Positions 1 to 11,799 of a stretch of 64,000 nucleotides of DNA are shown piece by piece (the first letter of the stretch is position 1; each line of letters starts with the position of its first letter). A model generated the notes under the pieces. That model did not search any database, was not told the DNA's origin, and saw only the letters and a program-made list of their open reading frames with translations. This stretch comes from Camelus dromedarius. Taxonomy: Eukaryota. The position numbers and the translations under genes are program-made. The stretch spans positions 94,614,001 through 94,678,000 of the forward strand of contig NC_087436.1 of the NCBI RefSeq assembly GCF_036321535.1. The letters are read 5' to 3'.

Positions 1-569
1 GAATGAAACGATCTTGTCTCACCTTTTCAGAATTATATAAGAGAACACACCATATCAGATGGATGTGACTATCACTTTCTAACTTCCAAGATCCAATTTA
101 AAAAAAGGGATTTTACAAAGGGATCCAAGATTACACACTACAAGATTAGAATCTGGATTCCTTGGTCCAGTTCAAGGAGACCAGAGCTATGTCAGGAAAT
201 ACAAAATAATCCAATAACTCTCTATTACCTGAAAGGCTTCCAAGTAATTTACTTCTTTTTCACCAAGAAAGGTCGTTTAAAAACAAACTTTTCTCCAATT
301 TATAATTGTCTCCTAAAGAAAAATTAACCAGCACCTTCAGAACAGTGTCCACATATATTCTATTCCCCTTGGCCATCGGCCCCACAGGTTGTTTGCATAC
401 AGATGACAAATAAACATTATCAGAAGCACTCAAGTCTCCCACAATGTTAAGCCTTTTCTTGAGGCAAACTCACATAGAGATATCATTAAGTCACAGAAGG
501 AAAGCTTTTTGATACAAGAATGGTAATAAGCAGAATATGAAAGTAGTTAATTTTGACATCTTAACAGCT

Positions 570-752
570 ATCTATTTACTGAATGTTTAGTATGTCCCAA
601 GCATTGCTCCAAGCACTGTAAAGACTTAATCTTCCTACATTTTTACAGGTAAGAAAACTGAGATACAGAGTCAGTGCTGTAGGTATAAAGTAAAAAAGCC
701 AGGACTCAAGGCAAATCTAATTCCAAAGCCCACACTCTTAACCACTAAGCTG
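570..752 (-). mobile_element. MIR SINE fragment
   Basis: Degenerate MIR motifs: TTTTACAGGTAAGAAAACTGAG and TCCAAAGCCCACACTCTTAACCACT. Confidence 0.65.
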
Positions 753-1356
753 AACTTACTGTATTATGCTTAGGGAACTAAATATCTCTGCCTCCTGGTA
801 ATTTTAAGTTCTCACACTAAGAAAATACATTTAAAATACAATACTTAATACTGAACTGTTACTCACTGTACTTAGTTTTATTAGCATTCAGCTTTTATAG
901 TACTGTTTATGAAAAGGACAGTCCCATTAAGCAACCGTATACAATGGTTAGAGTAAACTGGTATATAAAGTCTGAGTTAAATGCACCATTAACCAGACCT
1001 GTGTCACTAAGTCACAATTAATCTCTCTAGGCCTCAGTTTCCATATCTTAGAGATGAGGAGTTTGCCTTAGATCTAAGGTCTCTTTCAACTATAATATTC
1101 AATGCCATTTAACACATTTTCTAAGATACTATTAATATTTTTGAACAAAAATTTTGAAAGGCATCTTTCAAAACCTTCAAAATTAAATCATATAGTATAT
1201 GTTTTTATGTCTACCCTTTTACTCAAACATACTCAAAGCTAAACTGTGCTACCAGAAGTCAGGAAAATCACTAAAAAGGGCTGGGGGTCTGGGAGTTCTG
1301 ATTGTGCTAGTAATATTAATATTCTGTTTCTTGATTTGGGTGCCAGTCACACTTTA

Positions 1357-1488
1357 TCGTGTGTGTGTGTGTATACACATATATATATATTACTTTGATA
1401 CGAAAAAGGTTTTTTCCTTCGTGTGTGTGTGTGTGTTTGTATACATATATATATATATTACTTTGATACGAAAAAGGTTTTTTCCTTC
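1357..1488. repeat. Two-copy tandem duplication (~62-68 bp unit) containing (GT)n/(AT)n microsatellites
   Basis: (GT)n-(AT)n-TACTTTGATACGAAAAAGGTTTTTTCCTTC occurs twice head-to-tail. Confidence 0.95.
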
Positions 1489-2430
1489 CTCAAAGATACC
1501 TTAGGTGTTCTAAATCCACAACTATGTTTGTGTATATTAGAGCTTTCTGTTCTAAATATATAAATGTGTTTCTTGCCTAATATTGCCAATTACCCCTGCT
1601 CCCTGGTTTCAATTTAGGTCCTAGAAAAGAGATCATTTACTTATAAATTACAGTATTCCTATAATTCCTTTAGGATTGTCTCCTGAAATCTGAGATCAGT
1701 CTTAACTTTCTTTTGGAACCTAGTTCAAGAACTTCCCTACAAATACATACCCTTAGCATTGACAAAGCATTGATTCTCTGCATCTAGCATTTTTATTTAT
1801 TTCCAAACAGGTAAGTCTTTTAGGGCTATTGTCAATATGCTCAGTAATGAAGATAATGTATATTTACTGAGAAATAAGAACATTTATTCTTTACAAAGGG
1901 GTGACAAGCTAAGGGACCCCAGATGCATATATATCTATGCCTGATGGACAGCGATCAAAGTCTTTATAATTTTTCTCAAGAAACAAGAAACGCACCCCAA
2001 ATAGTCTTACTTGGACAGGCTTTGATTTTTTAACCCAGTCTATAAAGCTTTCCTTGCTCAACCTACACCCAAAACCCCATAAGGCACACTATTTAAATAA
2101 GTTACACTGAACTATAACTTACATAGCTGTAAAAACAAACCACTTTTCCACTCTTAAAAAATTGTCCAAATTCCAATTACATTAGTTTATAGCAGAAAAT
2201 ACACCTTTTCCTTTAAATCAGAAAGGAAAAAGTTTAAAAGAAAGTGATAATTCATTGGTAAGAGTCAAACAAACTTAAAGTCTTAAAAATAAAAACAACA
2301 TTCAAAGCTAGGAGTAATCATGCTATATAATTTTTGTACCTTTACTTTCCATTCATCTTTTAGATAAATTATACTACACATCTTACATAGTTAACAGTCT
2401 TAAATGTTTTTCTAAATAGTTTTGTCTATG

Positions 2431-2644
2431 GCAGATTCTCAACATTTGGCAAAGGCTGGAGACATTTCTGGTTAATACAACTGGCAGGGAGAGGATAGGG
2501 AGGTGAGGGGGAAGGACTGACAGTGCTACTGACATCTAGTGCTCTAAGTCTGCTAAACATCCTTCAAAGCACAGGAGAATCACCGGCAACAAAGAATTCA
2601 TTACCTGCCCTAAATGGCAATAGTGTCAAAGTTGAGAAACCATG
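2431..2644. mobile_element. MER20-like hAT DNA transposon
   Basis: Contains CTGGAGACATTTCTGGT, GTGCTACTGACATCTAGTG and TGCTAAACATCCT, and ends GTTGAGAAACCATG. Confidence 0.75.
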
Positions 2645-2862
2645 GTCTACAGAAATTAAGAGACTTTCTTTTAAAGTTGGGCAACTAGTTCTGCATAGAC
2701 TAATCTAGATCAAGTTAGATCAAATATATAAAATTTAAAATGACAACAGATAACAATCTATTTTCCATTTAACAGATCCATTTAAATACTTAAGGAAAAC
2801 TTTATACAACAGTTTTCATGAAACCAATTTGTTAATGCCATAGATTTAAATATTCCCTCTGA

Positions 2863-3004
2863 CACACATCTAGAGGTAACTAATTCAAAAAGATATATGC
2901 ACCCCAATGTTTATAGCAGCACTATTTACAATAGCCAAGACATGGAAGCAACCTAAATGTTCATCAATAGATGACTGGATAAAGAATTTCTGGTGTGTAT
3001 ATGT

Positions 3005-3036
<32 letters not shown>

Positions 3037-3473
3037 TACTACTCAGCCAAAAAAATAAAATAATGCCATTTGTAGTAACATAGATTGACCTACAGATTAC
3101 CATACTAAATGAAGCAATAAGTCAGATAGAGAAAGACAAATACCATATGATACCACTTGTATGTGGAATGTAAGAAAATGACACAAACATATGAAACAGA
3201 AACAGACAGACAAAAAACAAATTTATGGTTATGGGGGGATAAGGGGGAAGGATAAATTGGGAATTACTATATATAAAGTAAACAACAAGGTTCTACTGTA
3301 TAGCACAGGGAACTATATTTAATATCTTCTAATAACTTATAATAAAAAAGAATATGAAAAAAATATATATAACTGAATCACTATGTTGTATACCAGAAAC
3401 TAACACAACATTACAAATCGACTACTCTTCAATCGACTACTCTTCAATGAAAAAATTAAATAAACAAGTAAAT
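2863..3473 (+). mobile_element. 5'-truncated lineage-specific L1 (ORF2 end plus 3'UTR) with TSD
   Basis: ORF2 tail TGCACCCCAATGTTTATAGCAGCACTATTTACAATAGCCAAGACATGG and an A-rich tail. TSD AAATATTCCCT(C/A)TGA at 2848-2862 and 3474-3488. Contains (CA)n at ~3005-3031 and a 15-bp tandem duplication at 3416-3445. Confidence 0.9.
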
Positions 3474-6400
3474 AAATATTCCCTATGAAACTCCCAGAAA
3501 ATGTTAGCAAATTGCAACTATAATAAGAAAAAAACTACAGGTACTACATAGCAAAAGAACAAGCAAGAGTATGTGCACTGATTTAAGGGCATTTTACTTC
3601 ACTGAGCTTCAAATTTTAAAATACTTTGCATATTGAAATGCAAGCAAACCTTTAAGTTAATTACAGGTAACACTATTTCATTGTTTAAATTAATAAATAA
3701 ATTACATTGTGTTTAAATCCTTTAGTCAGTAATATAAACCAGGTTTAATTATTTTTAAATGATTAAAAGTATGCCTGTCGTTGGCAAGTCAAGACAGGAT
3801 GGTACAATTAAAACACAATCAGACTTAGATCTAAATCCCAAAGCTGTATGTTTGCAGACAAATAATTAAACTTCTCTGAGTCTCAATTTTCTCGTCTAAG
3901 AAATAAATCTAATTCAAAGATCTGTTCTTGAGAATTAGCAATAAATGTATATAAACAAATGGTACTGAGAGCTACTCTACAAATGGTGGTTAGTTATTAA
4001 TCCCAATAATTAATAGTAAGTATTAATACAATCTGTGAATACATATTAGTTTTATTCTATCCTTATAAGCAAAAATTCACATATGTAATTCAACTCATAA
4101 AATAACTATAAAAAGTACCTTATATCAATTTTCCATTCCTAGCAACTATGAAACATTACTTAAAATTCACAGATTTAAATAAATTAGTATCTGACAGATA
4201 CAGGACAGATTTCCAAACACAGTTTCAGGGAAAAAAGACCTACAAGGTTTATTTATATTGAGTAAATAACATATTCTCATGACTCAAAATTCAAAAGGGA
4301 TCTTTTGATGCCTGTTGCCCTAGACACACAATTCCTCCAGCACAGGAGCAATCAATGTTACCAATTTCTCATTAATCCTTTCACCTATACAGACAAATAT
4401 ACATGTATTTCCCCACTTTTGACACAAACGGTGGCCTCCTCCCACTATTTTGCACCACGATTTTCACATTTATCTTGAAGGCTGTATCTTAATTAACAAC
4501 ACTCCAAAAACAGCCTCTTAAAACTTCTTATGGCCAGAATTCTGCAAATGTCAGCTATCTTTACAAAGGCACTTAAAAGGAGAAAAAAAAATCCTTAAAA
4601 AAAAACTGTATTCTTACTAAACACAAGCATATGAAATAAATTTCGGTAAAATGGAGATTTACACAAGTGACATGATGAAATATTTGATTACTTGGCCAGC
4701 CACTCAAATACTGTATTTACATACTTAAAAAGGAAACACATGGACTGTACCACAAGTCCTTCAATGAGTTGAAAATAACAATCCACTTACAGAACTAGAC
4801 CTACTAAAATATCAAAATAAAATTGGTGAAAATAAAGCTATTTACTGGTTATATGGCAATATTAAACAATCTGACCCATTCCTAAATGTTCTTTGCAACA
4901 GACTTTCTGGAAGAAGTTTCCTTCCAGATTTATAAAGGTACTGCTCTTAAAAAAAAAATTTGTATTTCCTGTTTTTCTCCTCTGAAACACTATGACACTT
5001 ACTTGAAGTAAGGCTTCATTATTCCTTACAAATAAAAAGCTGTATTATTTTAACAATATGCATTACTAAAGCAATACAAGATTTCTTTTCAGCTTCAATT
5101 TAAGTACTAACAATATCATGGTGAAAAGTCACCTCACATAATGCAAAAAGACCACATGAACTATGAAAGCAGTAACTTACCACTTTTAAGTAATAGAAAA
5201 TAGAGCACTGAAGTCTTATTAAGTTTCAGACTTGCACATTAGGCTACTGGCAACAACAATATTAGCTTCAATCTTTCATCAGGAATATGTATATCAACTA
5301 TACTGGAACATATTTTCTTACTAAATAAAGATCCATAATCACTGTTTCACTGTAAACCAGTACCGGCATTTATGACTCTCTGCACTGTACCATAAAAATA
5401 CTAAGTCATCCCTCCATTCAGAGTTTTGGCACTTGAACAAATACAGAGGTCAGAGTTCATACACATGCTCTGTAAAACCGATCCTTACATACTATTACAT
5501 ACAAAAAATCTGCTAGTATTTGGCATGTTAAAATAATTTTAAAGAATTTCCTCCATGTCTAATTAGATACATACATAATCACTTTAGACTTATAGCCGCA
5601 CAAATTAAAGTTCAAGTGCTATCAGACTTATGTCAATAACTCATCACAAACTTAGAATGCTGAATTTCACAAATCATCGAGATCATCAGAGTACCAATGT
5701 AAGACAAAAATACAAACAGCAATGATACATTCAATAATGGCATATGACATCTTGAAAAATCACTATTTCAGTATTACTTTTTAATTTTTCCTTTGTTAAA
5801 TCCAAGGAGGAAAAACAACCTGGCATTCTTGTTGACTGGGGTAAGAAAAATTGTAGATACTTTCATAATTTTGAGTCAAATTACAAAAACATTAAAATAT
5901 CTTAATAACTACGGCCAACACTAGAGTATTTAAAATTTCTACAGGACTCAAGAGCAGCTTGAGACAAAAAATTTTTTAATCATTTCAGATATGATATGTA
6001 GAAATAAATCTACTCAATAAGAAGATATAACAATGTATTATTTGAAATCCCATGTTTTTTAATAGGGCTGTTTTTCAAAAGTAAGAATCAGGTTAACTAT
6101 GAGGGACATCATAATGAAGTTTCATGGCACAACACAACAGTGTCACAGAGGCATTGTCTTAGGACAGACTCTGTGATCTGTAACCTGTAAACAACATTTC
6201 GAAATCAGCTACTTATAAATTCCACGCTTTTTCCTAATCCTAGCTAAAAATATTTAAATGTCCTTAATACACCAAACAACTTGCCTTTAACCCAGTCAAA
6301 AGCTTTAGACGTCAATAGAAAAGGGGCCTAGGATTTGGGGGTAAGTGGAAATGAGATAATGGTTTAATATGGTATTAATTTCCTTCCCAGGTGAAAATTC

Positions 6401-7005
6401 CCTTATCCCCACTCAAATAAGATAGTACCCCATTATGTCTTCTCTTCTCTCCCAGCACACAACTAAGAGGGAGTAACTCTGAACGTCCTTCTTTAATCAA
6501 TATCTAAGGACTCTCATCGCTCCATTCCTAAGGAAAGGACAGTGGCGGCCACACAGGCAATAACCCAGAATACCCTTAAAAGTGAGGGCCTTTCAGCAGC
6601 GCGGCTCTCCGGATCCAGTTACCACCTTTCCCCTTCCCCCAACCCACTTCCCGGGTTTTCTTAGGCTCGGCCTGCTCCCTCCCCACCCTGCAGCTACACT
6701 TCCAGCTGTTGCCACTGCCTCGGGGCTCTCTCTAGAGCTCACACCCCGCCGGTAAGTGCCCCCTTCTCCATCTGCCCCCAAACCGTGTTCCTCTCCAGAC
6801 CACCCGCCCGCGAGACCGTCCATCCCAGGGCCCCGGGAGGGGAGGGGAAGGCGGCGGAAGGAGGGGGAGACTGCTGCTTCCCCACAGGCAGAAGGGCGGC
6901 CGCAAAGAGGGCCACCTGGGGGTTACTAGGGATTTTGGGGTCGCCACTGGAAGGGCCCTCCCGCCATGGGCTGAGGTGGGGGACGTCCGGGAGTTCATTT
7001 CTGAC

Positions 7006-7068
7006 CTCCTCGCTCTTCAGCACCTCCTTGAACTCCCGCTTGATTCGCTGCACCGCGATGTTGGCCAT
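7006..7068 (-). CDS. UBE2K: Ubiquitin-conjugating enzyme E2 K (HIP2/E2-25K), coding part of exon 1 (21 codons, phase 0)
   Basis: Translates to MANIAVQRIKREFKEVLKSEE, the recognisable UBE2K N-terminus. Start context is GGAGAC-ATG-G. It is followed by the donor GAG|GTCAGA (GT at 7005-7004). The rest of the listed 109-aa ORF is intron read-through. Confidence 0.97.
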
Positions 7069-7092
7069 GTCTCCGCCCGCAGCTGATTCGTA

Positions 7093-7158
7093 CCCGCCTC
7101 CTCCGCCACCGCTACGACCACCGCCGCCGCCGCCACCTCTTCCTCCACCACCTCCTCC
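7093..7158 (-). repeat. Degenerate (GGN)n trinucleotide tract in the UBE2K 5'UTR
   Basis: Minus strand reads GGA GGA GGT GGT GGA GGA AGA GGT GGC GGC GGC GGC GGT GGT CGT AGC GGT GGC GGA GGA GGC GGG. Confidence 0.9.
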
Positions 7159-7251
7159 CTCGGCGATTCACACCCGAGCACACGAACGCTGCCACTGCCA
7201 GCCCGGCCGCTGCGCTCTCTTCAGTGTAGAATCACCTCCGCGCCCGGCCAC

Positions 7252-7280
7252 CAAAATGGCGCCGGGTCCGCGCATGCGCA
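7252..7280. promoter_or_regulatory. Adjacent YY1 and NRF1 motifs in the UBE2K core promoter
   Basis: CAAAATGGCG (7252-7261) matches the YY1 core. CGCGCATGCGCA (7269-7280) is a perfect YGCGCATGCGCR NRF1 site. Confidence 0.75.
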
Positions 7281-7921
7281 CGACGCTGACCCGGCCGGGC
7301 GGCGCAGCCGCTCCCGTTGTAGTCCCATACGCCTCAGCCGCGAACCCGTGCCGCGCGTCTCTGCCGGAGCTGCGGCCGCGTGGCTCCGCCCTGCCGGCGT
7401 CTGGGGCCAGGAGGGTGCGGCTTCCGCGCTGGCTGCCGCTGGCCGGCGCTGGCAGGGCCCTCCGGGTCCCCTTGGGTGCCTCCGCCAGTCTTCGAACCCA
7501 TGTGTTATGGTCGAGGCTCTCAGACCTTAGCCTCTAACCGAAGGTTCGAGTCTAACCTGCCGGGATCACGCGGCTCTATTAGGCTTGGAGCGCCGCCCTG
7601 ACTCAGCGAGACCCAGAACCCACCGGCTTAGTGTGCCCGGCTGTGTCTAGTGTCTGAAAACACTGTCCCGGAACTCATTCCGGCCCATTTTCTATTGGTG
7701 TAGGCCGGAAAATACACTGTGGTTCGTTTTTGTTCTGAAACTATTATAGTCCTACTGTTACTACGATCATTCCAGGATCATTCCAGGTACTACAAATCCT
7801 TAAATTAAATATGGTCATTGTTGGATCTTATCAGGTACTCCATGGATGTGCCTGAGATGGGTGTAGAAGCCAGATGTTGATCTTTGACCTTTTTAGATAA
7901 TGCCAAGTCCTGGAAATAAGG

Positions 7922-8099
7922 CCAGTTTTTAAACTTAAGGGTACATCAGAATTGCTGGAGAGCTTATTAAAAAAAAAAAAAAGATTTCTGACACCATCCC
8001 TAAAGTGTCTGGTGGGCCTAATAATTTGCAATTTTAACAAGTTCCCAGATGCTGCTGCTCCTGCTACTAGTTCAGGGACCACTCTATGAGAACCACTGA
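7922..8099. mobile_element. MER5A-like hAT-Charlie MITE
   Basis: Contains CATCAGAATTGCTGGAGAGCTT and TTTAACAAGTTCCCAGATG, and ends TGAGAACCACTG. Confidence 0.75.
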
Positions 8100-9199
8100 A
8101 CTAAGGCATGTGAAATAGTTTATATATTAAAGTGAAAAATGGAGAAATAAATGCGTCTTGGGGAGGAAGGGCAGCTTTACTTCTGTAAGCTTAGGGCCTA
8201 CAACAGTGGTTCCACTAGGCACTCAATAAATATTGAATGAATAAATGAGTAAAGATAAGAGTAAAATGTTGTAAGTGGAAAGTAAATTTGAAAGGCAATT
8301 TGAAAGTGGCTGCTAGGTGTACAGTAAGTAATATGGTTTTGATGCTGAGAGGTGCTTTGAATAGAAAACATTTTATAATAGGTAATAATGTTTGTTTAGA
8401 AGTTTATATTTCATGCACTTCTTTCACTTAACCAATTAGTGGAGTATCCTATCAGAAAAATATCATAAATACATCACCTTCGTGAAAACTACTAAAATTG
8501 TGGTAGCAAAAAAGAAAATAAGATACTGGGAGTGAGTCATTCAGTGGAGGTACATGGCAAAAAAGAGTTTATTGAACTCATGTCCCAGAACCAAGAGGGG
8601 GATTTTAATTCCAGCTTTCCTCTATACCAGCTCTCTTCGCCAACCTTGGTTTCCTCTTCTGCAAAATAAGAAAGCTAGATGAGATGATCTATTTCAAGAT
8701 TTAAGAGTTTAGAATTCTGAACCATGATCTTGAAACGTTTCCCAAAATGGACTAACAAACTATAAAACACTTCCAGCAGAGCCCCCTACTGGTCCTAAGA
8801 GGAACCAACTATACATGTGGGTCATGGCCCACGAATTACTGATATAATTTATAAACCATGCAATGCTATGTGTTTTGGTGCCAATAAATTAAAAATAATT
8901 ATTCTGAAGTGTGAAAAATTTTTTGAGTACTTTATATTTATCACCTTCATTCAGTCCCCAATATTAATCTTGGAATTTCAAAGAAATGTACAACACCCAA
9001 ATCAGAGGGAAACTAGTTAGGAGGGTATGCTGATTTCTTTGTTGGAGAGAGGTTTGGTTTTTTAACTGCGCATAATAATTAGCCTTGAAATTCCACTTTC
9101 AGTCCATTTTTACATTCCTTCCAGAGAATGAGGCAACTGTATATTAACTCATAACTCATAGGAGAAAATCCTGAAAATACATTTTAAGGGGAAAAGAGC

Positions 9200-9440
9200 A
9201 CTATGCTAAAAGTGGATTGAACCCTAGAACCAACAGGACATAATTAGTGAAATCGGAGTAAATGCTGTAATTCAGTTAATGGTATTGTAGCAAGGTTAAT
9301 TTCTTAGTTTTGACATGGTGCTATGGTTATGTAAGATGCTGACATTAATAGAAATGAGTAACGAGTATATAAGAATCTCTGAAACTTTTCTGTAAATCTA
9401 AAATTATTCCAAAAGAAAAAGTTTACTTTAAAAAAATCAC
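9200..9440 (+). mobile_element. Old L1 (L1MC/MD-type) 3' end
   Basis: GTTAATTTCTTAGTTTTGACA...AACTTTTCTGTAAATCTAAAATTATTCCAAAA, a typical 3'UTR terminus. Confidence 0.65.
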
Positions 9441-9875
9441 TGTTCAGTCCACATAGCGTATAGTATACCACCATGTGTGAGGGAAGAAGGGAATATGCTG
9501 GTATATATGCTGAATTCATAAAATATCACTGGAAAAATACCTAAGAAACTGACAGAAGAGTTACCTCTGAGAAAGCAACTTAAGGGCCTTGGGGAAAGCA
9601 AAGTGGGAGACTTTTCAGCATGTATCCTATTGTATATTTTACCTGTTCAAAACTAAATTTTTAAAAATGGGTTTCCAGTAATGCAGATTATAAGATCTTT
9701 ACTATTACGATCTAGTTCTGATTATTTCATTAAATAATTAAGCATATATTTATTGAGTGCCTACTATGTGCTAGGCATGATCTAAGCCCTAGAGGCATAT
9801 CAGTGAAGGAGAACCCTTCCCCCCAAAAAACCAACTCTGGAATTGTCAGATTTATATTCCAGCAAGGATAAGGAA

Positions 9876-11200
9876 TACTCATCTCAAAGTATAGTCTACA
9901 AACACCTGGGGGTTCCTGAGATGTTTTTCAGGGATCAGTCTGCAATTCCCAAACTTATCATAATAAACCTAAGACATTATTTGCCTTTTTACTTTGTTAA
10001 CTTATGCACTGTTGACGTAAAAGCAATAGCAGGCAAAAAATTTTACTTCACTGGTAATAAGTTTATTAACGCCACACACTGTTTAAAAATGCCAGTTTCA
10101 CTTTAGAATGATTTTGATGAAGCAGTAGAAATGATTACTTTTATTAAACCTCAACTTTCTAGTACATATCTTAATATTCTGTATAATGCATGGAAAGGCT
10201 AAGCACTTCTGCTGCATCCCAAGTTCATGGTAAAGCTCTTGTGCAAATGGTTGAGTTACAAACTGAACTTAGCCACTTTTTCCATAGAACACCATTTTTA
10301 CTTGAAATAATGATTAAGACAAACTATTAAGAGTTGAGTATTTGGCACACATTTTATCAAAAATGAACAAGGTTAAGCCTATCACTTCAAGGAAAACAAC
10401 TGTTACAATTTGTTGAAAATGATAAAATTCAAGCTTTCAACTGAATGAATTAGAGTTTCAGAAAACATCTCTCACTGTGACTTGACGGCTTTTCAATATG
10501 CTTAAAGACCTTTCTGATTAAATTGGTGATGATATTATGGTGGTATTATTATGATTGTGAGAAATTGTACAATGAAGCATGTCAATGTTTGGAAGATCTG
10601 CATAAATTAGTGAGCCAATAGTTTCCAAATGACCAATGCATGATGTTACAGAATCATGCGTGGGTGTAACGTCCATTCCAGGTTCAAGACAGACCAGTGG
10701 ATTTCAATGTCACCAAGTACAAAAAGTTCATTCATAACATTTCAGATTCCATATTGTAGCCAACCTTTGAGAAACTACCATTTGTCTAGATTTACTCTAG
10801 TATTAAAGAAGAATACCCACAGTTATCTGAAAAAGTTATTGAACTATTCCTTGCCTTTCCAACTATGTATCTGGATGAGTCTGGATTTTCTTCATGTACT
10901 TCAGCCAAAACAACATATGCAACATATTGAATGCAAAGGCATATATGAAAATCCAGCTGTGTTCTATTAAGCCAGGCATTAAAGAGATTTTGTTTTGGAA
11001 AATGTAGTTATTTTTCACTAAAGTTATACTACTTATGTAAGCATGTAATGGATTTGTTATAGTTATTTATTAATAAATGTTTCAATAATTTCTGTTTTAT
11101 TTCTAATACAGTGTTGTTTAACCCATATAAACAAATGTTTTTTGGAATCCTAAGTATTTTTGAAGAGTGTAAAGGAGTCCTGAATACGTTGGAGTATATT
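9876..11200 (+). mobile_element. Charlie1-type hAT transposon with decayed transposase C-terminus
   Basis: Left end CTCAAAGTATAGTC...GGGGGTTCCTGAGA and right end GAGTGTAAAGGAGTCCTGA. Around 10805-10900 it translates to KEEYPQLSEKVIELFLAFPTMYLDESGFS, resembling the hAT dimerisation motif. Confidence 0.8.
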
Positions 11201-11799
11201 GTACTACTTAGGCATGAGGTTTAGATCTAAAAAGTTTCCCACTTTCAGAATATGTAATTTAAGTAAACATTATTTATGTGAAGGTTATAAAGTTGGTTTT
11301 AGATGGACAGAGGAAAGTTCATCTGGTAACTCTTCTGTTGTCCCTAACAGAACAATGTGTTTTGATGTGTTGATTCATGTAAAAAGAAACGTGACGAGGC
11401 ATAATTGTGCTTTGCTGACCCCTGATAATAATCGCCAGCATTTGAAATGTGCAAGTCTTCCTTTTTGTTGCTCCTGCTAGTTACTGTTACTGCTCTGCAG
11501 ATTCAAATTTCCTGTTCTTCTAAATGCAGCACAATTTTTTTTTCCTACAGCCCTTTCCTGACCTTGTGTTTTGCCAACTTTTTGAGACTTTTTTTTCCTC
11601 TGTCTCTCACCACTGCCTATTCTATCCAAGCTTCTCATTTAACTCTCCTTTCAAAACACCCAGTCATAAGGCTAAGGTCATTTTGCTTTTTTCCCCTCTC
11701 TTTCACTGAGTTCTGCCCTTCCCATCTTGTTAACTCCTCTCCCCTACCCACCCCAGCTGGGGTGAGGAGCTCTAGCAGCAAGAGTAGAAAGCAGCGCTT

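Larger units (their letters stand above)
1..7005 (-). other. UBE2K: UBE2K intron 1 (partial, runs off the window)
   Basis: Starts at the GT donor. The expected exon 2 peptide (TSKNQIKVDLV...) was not found in the window. The sequence is AT-rich and contains repeats. Confidence 0.9.
6590..7640. promoter_or_regulatory. UBE2K: CpG island: UBE2K promoter, 5'UTR and exon 1
   Basis: Sharp rise in GC and CpG content around the first coding exon compared with AT-rich flanks. Confidence 0.93.

Noticed and set aside
260..442. 60-aa minus-strand ORF in intron 1
   Set aside because: GTG start and no recognisable homology. The length is within chance expectation.
1357..1488. CRISPR-like repeat-spacer array
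   Set aside because: Only two units, the 'spacers' are microsatellites, and the context is eukaryotic.
6739..7005. C-terminal 88 aa of the 109-aa ORF that starts with the UBE2K N-terminus
   Set aside because: Similarity to UBE2K ends at the GT donor. The remainder is intron.
7311..7328. ZNF143/Staf site (minus-strand GGGACTACAAC)
   Set aside because: Only the ACTACA half is present. The TCCCA half does not follow.
6785..7537. 250-aa plus-strand ORF with poly-Pro, antisense to UBE2K exon 1
   Set aside because: GTG start, low complexity, and stop-codon scarcity expected in a CpG island. The poly-Pro simply mirrors the GGN tract.
7765..7786. 11-bp tandem duplication GATCATTCCAG (similar 13-bp case at 61600-61625)
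   Set aside because: Ordinary slippage micro-duplications with no sign of function.
10656..10970. Domesticated hAT transposase gene
   Set aside because: Transposase similarity lies in short frameshifted pieces within a decayed Charlie1 element.
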